A stretch of 64,000 nucleotides of DNA, from positions 53,010,001-53,074,000 of the forward strand of contig OX597823.1 in assembly GCA_951406725.2 (NCBI GenBank), read 5' to 3'. This document shows positions 57,439 to 64,000 of this stretch, one piece after another. The notes below the pieces were generated by a model. That model ran no database searches. It was not told the origin of the DNA and saw only the letters and a program-made list of their open reading frames with translations. Every line of letters begins with the position of its first letter. The first letter of the stretch is position 1. A program made the translations under genes and the position numbers. The DNA comes from Octopus vulgaris. Its lineage: Eukaryota.

Positions 57439-57854
57439 TACACACAAGCACACGTGCTCTTGTGCTTCATTTGTCTGTATGTGAGTGTATGAGCGTGCGT
57501 TCGAGTGTTTGTGCAGTGTTGTAATTATCCGCAAGAAGATGATACAAATTAAAAAGCTGGGCGTATTCAGCTCGCAGTAAACTTTTAAAGGTAAACTTCT
57601 TGTTTACTTTTCTAAAACCATTCGTTGTTGCTGGTTCATCAGCAAAGTTTTGTGTTAGTTTCTGATGTTTCTTCTACATGGCAGCAGATACATCGATATT
57701 CCTGCGTACATGGAATTGAAGAAAGAATGAAATGGAAGTAAAAGTCAAAAATTTTCACAAGTTTCCTTATTTAGAAATTATCTTCAGAGTTGAAAAATCG
57801 TTTAATATTTTGTTCTCTGAATATAATTGTATTTTATTATCGATATGTCTTAAA

Positions 57855-58460
57855 AAGACGGCAAGTTGGTAGAACCGTGAGCACGCCGGGCAAAATGCTC
57901 AGCGGCATTTCGCCTGTCATTACGTTCTGAGTTCAATTCTACCAAGGTTGACTTTGCCCTCCATCTTTTCGGAGTCTATAAAATAAGTACCAGTTGAGTA
58001 CTAAAGTCGATGTAATCGACTTATCCCCCTCCCCTAAAATTGCTGGCCTTGTCCCAAAATTTGAAATCATTATTCGTATGTCTTAAAGCGATGAGATGGC
58101 TCACTCACAAATTCATTAGTAAGCCGGGCAAAAAACTTAGCATTAATTCTTCTGATTTTACATTCTAAGATTAGATGCCGTTGAGGTCGCTCTTGTCATT
58201 TAGTCTTTAGCGGTTTGTCAAGTACTACTAATTGAGTAATGAAATCAATCTAATCGACTTCCCCATCCTCTTAAAGTGGAAAGAATTATTTATATATTTT
58301 AAAGACGGCGAGCTGACAGAATTGCTAACACGCCGGACAAAATACTTTATGTTCTGAGTTCAAATTCATCCAAGGTTGACATAACCTTTCATCCTTTTGG
58401 AGTCGGTGTAACCGACTTCATGCTTTCTCACAAATTCCTGGCCTTGTGCCAAAAGTGGAA
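57855..58460 (+). mobile_element. Three head-to-tail SINE family A copies
   Basis: Heads at ~57855, ~58085 and ~58300, each with a variably degraded central domain. Confidence 0.75.
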
Positions 58461-58763
58461 TTATATATTTCGAGATCTGCATTTTTATTTCTTGGCTTCC
58501 GATATCAATAAATTGAGCATCAGTGATGTACTTGGGTCTATGTAATTTGTTATACTAATGATTCCCAATTTTTTTTGTGACTTAGCATGCCCTTTCCCTG
58601 AAAACATTTTATAAACTTATAAACGTTTCCTAGCTTTGTATTGCAATATATATATGTATGTGTCGATGTGTGTGTGTGTGTCTGTGTCTGTGTGTGTGTC
58701 TGTGTGTGTATACATGTATATATACATGTATTTATATATATATGTATGTATATGTATGTGTGC

Positions 58764-58823
<60 letters not shown>

Positions 58824-58844
58824 ATTGATTTTCAGAAGGAGATA

Positions 58845-59100
58845 AATAAACCCAAGGCTGTGAAGAATTTTGAACATTTATAAATATAAATAGAAGGTCT
58901 TACAGCTGTTTCCGGAATATTCTATATATCCCTTTATCGGAGACGGTGTGAGAAAATGGTTAAGAAATAGTTAATTTAGATAAGATATGAAATAGAGAGT
59001 GAAGTGGAGGAATGAAAACAGATGTAATATATGCAGGGATATTGCATTTGTAGATCCATTGTTTAGGCAGAATGGTATACATATGAGATTCTAAAAACTT
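58845..59100 (-). mobile_element. Penelope-like terminal repeat (same family as 4827-5510) with mutated hammerhead at 58897-58944
   Basis: Shares ccaagg..gaacatttataaa..tctta.agctgtttc.gg.atat..atccctt.atc.gagacg.tgtgaga; minus strand gtct CCGATAA agggatat..atattccg GAAAC AGCT GTA agac. Confidence 0.65.
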
Positions 59101-60221
59101 GTGAGTAAATTCCAATAGTATTTAAAATTGGTCATTCCAACTATAGAGTTTGTACTTGGTATTGTACAAACTCTTATTAAGAGGCTTGACAAGCAGTCGA
59201 GATAGGCACTGAAATCAATTGTGTTATCCGCCTAGGTTATCTCACCAGGAATAGTAGGGAAAATTACCGTTGGAAAGCCGCACGTATTTGTTTGAATGTC
59301 AAGTAACTTGTTGCATTACGGTTCGCCAAAGAGCAAATTATAACTTTTTATTGCCATATTGCGCCTGCGATTTTAGTCTGCTCGCCGGTTTAGTTTTAAC
59401 CAACGGTGAATGCATAAATATATACACGGACAAATATGCTCTCTATCTCTCTCTATCTTTCTCTCTCTCTCTCACTCTTCTCTTTCTCTCTCTTTCTCTT
59501 ACACACAGACACACACACACACATGTAGATACGATTCTCGAAACTATACGCTCTGAGATGTAATACTTGCTACGAAATCCTACTTGCAATGTCATTCATC
59601 AACCTGACACTGTAATAAAAGACATTTGCCCCGTCTGCCATGCCACGCATTGAGAACGAAACCAGAAACCATACGGTTGGAAAGTGAAAGCTGCTCTTAT
59701 GCATTTCTCACTAGACTTTATTTTTCATTGTTAAAGCAGCTCTGTACCAATAAGACCTCACACATGAACAAGTACTTAAATTCAGCTCTAGACAGACCTA
59801 ACTACAAACAGTTGTTAAGATGCATATACAAGCACAAAAGTCATAAATGCACTCAGTGATATTCTTACAAGAGAAGGCGATCAGAAAAACGCATTAACAA
59901 ACCATGTTCACTCATACACATATGATAATGTACACAAATACGCGTGTACATTCCCCCTTCTCTCTCTCTAAACAGACATACATACGTTTATATATATACA
60001 TCTATGTGTGTGTGTATGTATGTATGTATATATATATATAGTAATAATAATAATAATAATAATAAAGAAGAAGAAGAAGAAGAAGAAGAAGAAGAAGAAG
60101 AAGAAGAAGAAGAAGAAGAAGAAGAAGAAGAAGAAGAAGAATAGGGAATATAATTCCAAAACTTACAGGGAAACATCCAATTTAACAATTTTAAATCATA
60201 TTTCACAATATATAATATGTG

Positions 60222-60756
60222 TATATAATTTAGAGAAAAACCTCTATTAAACAATTCAATAAAGAAAGATGTTATTCACACCATATAGAAAACATATACT
60301 ATAAAAAAAACCTTATTCTAAAATTCAATAAAGTACAATAAATAGTAAATAGAGTTAACGAAAATCCTTCGATAAGATAAGTTATATTTTTATATAATTA
60401 TAGAAATATTGTTAAATGCTTTTCGATTATTTATAGTTAATACACGTGTTTTTATATATTTATTTAATAAATAGTATAAGTTAAGATAAGTACATTTATT
60501 CTATTATTATCATATTATTATTATTTATTATTTTAGGCCTGATGAGCGACTATATTTTAAATAGAATTAATTTTAGATCAATTTAATTTTAAATCGAATT
60601 GATTTTATTATCTATTTGAAAATATAGCCACGAAACGCGCGTAGTCTTTATTAATTTTTAGAATAAAGTTTTTTATAGTATTTGTTTTTTATATGGTGTG
60701 AATAACATTTCTCATTATTGAATTGTTTAATAGAAGTTTTTCTGAAAATTATATGC
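60222..60756. mobile_element. Penelope-like inverted terminal repeat (~115 bp arms) enclosing a hammerhead
   Basis: 60222-60336 is the imperfect reverse complement of 60644-60756 (tgttattcacaccatata / tatatggtgtgaataaca). Confidence 0.7.
60535..60647 (+). ncRNA. Type I hammerhead ribozyme motif with ~86 nt stem II domain
   Basis: aggc CTGATGA gcgactatattttaaataga...tctatttgaaaatatagccac GAAAC GCGC GTA gtct. Intact core, perfectly palindromic ACGCGCGT stem III, GUA triplet. Confidence 0.8.
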
Positions 60757-60764
60757 ATACATAT

Positions 60765-60814
<50 letters not shown>

Positions 60815-60923
60815 ATGTATGGTGGTGCCCCAGCATGGCCGCGGCCTTCGGGCTAAAACATTTTTAAGGATTTAAGGATTTAAGGATGTATTCATATATA
60901 GTGAGAAAGGGGATGGAGGAAGA

Positions 60924-61075
60924 GTGCAGGTATGGCTGTGTGGTTAAAAAGCTTGCTTCATGAGCATGTGGGCCTAGGACCAGTCCTACTGCGAATGTCT
61001 TCTACTGTAGCCACGGGAAGACCAATGCCTTATGGGTGGATTTGGTAACCGAAATCTGAATGTACCCCCATCATA
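60924..61075 (+). mobile_element. SINE family C head
   Basis: gtgcaggtatggctgtgtggttaaaaagcttgcttc..tgtcttctactgtagcc..ggatttggtaaccgaaatctgaa. Confidence 0.75.
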
Positions 61076-61114
61076 TGTGCGTGTGTGTGTGTGTTTGCAC
61101 GCGCGTGTTTGTGT

Positions 61115-61324
61115 GTGTGGTTGTGTGGTAAAAATCCAGCTTCCCAACCACATGGATTCGGGTTCAGTCCCACTGCGTTGCACCTTAGGCAAGTGTCTTC
61201 TGCTATAGCCTCGGACTAACCGAAGCCTTGTGAGTGGATTGGCAGATTGAAACTGAAAGAAGCCCGTCATATGTGTGTGTGTGTGTATGCGTGTGTGTGA
61301 GTGTGTGTGTGTGTGTATGCGTGT

Positions 61325-61356
<32 letters not shown>

Positions 61357-61567
61357 CTGCGTGTCTGTGTATTTGTGCTTATCTATGTGTGTGTTTGACC
61401 CCACCACCACTTAACAACCGACGTTGGTGTGTTTACATCCCTCGTAATAAAGCGGTTCGGCAAGAGATACTGATAGATTAAGTACTAGGCTTAAAACACA
61501 ATAATTCCTGGAGTCGATTTTTTCGACTAAAATCCTTCATGGCGGCATTCAAGTAACTGAAACAAGG
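61115..61567 (+). mobile_element. SINE family C, complete: head, internal (TG)n and 3' half
   Basis: tRNA-like head, caccttaggcaagtgtcttct, (TG)n at 61270-61395, then ccaccacttaacaaccg..gcggttcggcaa..ctgaaacaag. Confidence 0.85.
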
Positions 61568-62243
61568 AACTATAATATATATATGCATGTGTGTGTGTGT
61601 GTGTGTGTGTGTGTCTGTGTGTGTGTCTTCCCATCATCACCACCTACTATTTTTCCCCCCTCACTGTTCCCGTCTTTCTCTGTGTGGTCAATTGCATTGA
61701 ATTTAGGAGATCAAAATCTAGTCCCTCCGACAGAAGGTTTCATGTTATTCACCAGCAATTGAAAACCTAGAACATCTAACACCAATATCATAAGACCATA
61801 GAATGTCTCCCAAGTTGAACTGAACTGAAAATGAACGAGTGCAGCCCCTTATTCGTCAGAGAACATTAGCAAATTTAGCTTTTTGATAGTGTTTGTGTAT
61901 GGAAATACATACAACACAACAAATCTTGACTGTTGTTTTAGTTCTAAACAATGACAATATCAGTTATGTTGATAAAGGAGAAGCCTATTTTTTTTTCAGA
62001 CACATACACATATGCGCATCCATACACGCGCATGCACACAAATACACACGCACACACGCACGCAACCTCCTCTGCTTTCTTCCGCTAGAACCCTTAACAT
62101 GCTTCGCACAGTGGGATGCTGTCGTATCACGCTGTGAGCAGTAATTTCATTATTTATTTACCTGCTGAAACTAGAGATATTAAGACAGTGATAGGATAGG
62201 AGCAAGTGATAGTAGAGTATAATAACGGTGTTGTATGTATGTA

Positions 62244-62319
<76 letters not shown>

Positions 62320-62429
62320 CGTATACACACATGAACACATGTACATATATATATATATGTGTGTGTATGTGTGTATGTGTGTGTGTATATACACACGTAC
62401 GCACACACATTTTATACTTATGTATATAT

Positions 62430-62509
<80 letters not shown>

Positions 62510-62566
62510 ATATGTATTTTTAAATGTGAATATCTGTAGCTATTGCTCTCTTTATAATTATATGTG

Positions 62567-62608
<42 letters not shown>

Positions 62609-62648
62609 TATATGATATATACGTACATGTATATAAACATATAAATGC

Positions 62649-62687
<39 letters not shown>

Positions 62688-62833
62688 CATATATGCGTGT
62701 CTATTAGCTTGTGTGTATGTGTGCGTAGGTGTGTGCGTGTGTATTTGTATGTAACATAGTTTTGTATAAATATACATGTATATATATATGTATGTATATA
62801 TATATATACACATGCATATATTCATACATACAA

Positions 62834-62912
<79 letters not shown>

Positions 62913-63519
62913 AGGTGAGCGGGCTGATACTGATAGAGTGAAAGAGAGAGAGAAGTGGGGAGGAAGGCATGAATATTGAGCTGGTAGGGAAGGGGAACGC
63001 ATCGTGTCTTATCCTGCCAATTTTGCTAACTAAAAAGAAAAACCCGGTGTTTACACTAAGGAAGATATAACGCTATGTTGCAATGAAGAGATTTAATGCA
63101 GTTGATAGCACTTGATATTGCTCAACGCGTTCGTTTATATAATAACACTGGGATAAAAAGAGTTGCGTGGAAGTGAGACAGATTTTTGGCTTTTAAGATG
63201 TGACATGCCATGCAACTTTACCATTACTCATATACTTTTAACACATAGAACATATGTGAACTCAATGTGTTAAATCTAACCGCCAGCTTCTTATAAGCAA
63301 CAGCCAAAATGCGTGTTTGTCTTATGTTTGCTTATCTCTTCATGTGTATGAGTACATGTATGTGTATGGATATGTGTTCGTATTAAGAGTGTGAACAGCT
63401 AACTAGATTCTTTTACTCGTTTTTTTTTATTGCGTTACTCGATTCATTTATTAGACTGCGGCTATGCTGTAACATTGTCTTAAATTGTTTCTTTTTTGTT
63501 TTATTTTTTAGTCGATTAC

Positions 63520-63800
63520 ATTGCGTGCCCTAGTAGTTCGTGAGCTGCCGTCTCGATCACGATATCGTGGTTTCGATTCCCGGGCCGGCCGCACGTTTTG
63601 TTCTTGAGCGAAACACTTCATGTCACATTTCTCTAGTCCACTCAGTTGCAAGTGGGTAACGCTGCGGTGGACTGGCGTTCCGATCAGGATAGAATGTGAA
63701 CAACCTGTCAACCTATCCAGTGGGTGTGGCAAAATTCGGAAGCTGAAACAATGCGAAGCGCATTGTAACTAGCAATGTGTAACAACATTTGGTGGGAATT
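63520..63800 (+). mobile_element. CORE-like SINE (family B)
   Basis: ggtttcgattcccggg..ttcttgagcgaaacacttc..tccactcag..aatgcgaagcgcattgt. Confidence 0.75.
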
Positions 63801-63889
63801 TATAAAAAAGCCCAATATTCCTCCTTCTTGTTAGAATATACACAATGTGTGCGCGATGTGTGTTTGTGTTAGAATGAGAGAAACAATGA

Positions 63890-64000
63890 TCGTGTGACCG
63901 ACCAGACTATTAGATTTTGTTATACATCACTGATCACAATGCGCTTTGCATTGCTTTAGCCTTCAAATAACGCCATCCCGCTGGCTAGGCGAGCAAGACA
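63890..64000 (-). mobile_element. Family B SINE 3' part, inverted relative to the previous copy, cut by the window edge
   Basis: Reverse complement aaggctaaagcaatgcaaagcgcattgtgatcagtgatgtataacaa matches 63740-63790. Confidence 0.7.

Overview
AT-rich eukaryotic DNA dense in microsatellites. The mix of tRNA-derived SINEs, Penelope-like elements, R4/Dong and RTE LINEs and Tc1/mariner relics looks like an octopus (coleoid cephalopod) intron or intergenic region; this is an inference from repeat content. I found no host protein-coding exon I can support, and most ORFs in the track are translations of microsatellites. Recognisable coding remnants: two 5'-truncated R4/Dong-type LINEs (RT plus restriction-like endonuclease) inside (AAT)n arrays, one nearly intact (47913-49672); a Penelope-like RT/GIY-YIG fragment; two RTE 3' ends; a chimeric DD34D mariner; a DD37D (maT) element; a Tc1 N-terminus; and a hAT-type MITE. 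The most interesting signals are three. (i) A set of minimal type I hammerhead ribozyme motifs (CUGANGA..GAAAC, short self-complementary stem III), some with very long stem II inserts and some embedded in long fold-back repeats, one of whose arms starts at the predicted cleavage site. (ii) A stack of five same-orientation insertions in (AAT)n, including a unit-length ~500 bp non-coding element that may parasitise Dong/R4. (iii) Several other long palindromes and pre-miRNA-like hairpins. All alignments and folds were done by eye, so coordinates of degenerate repeats are approximate.
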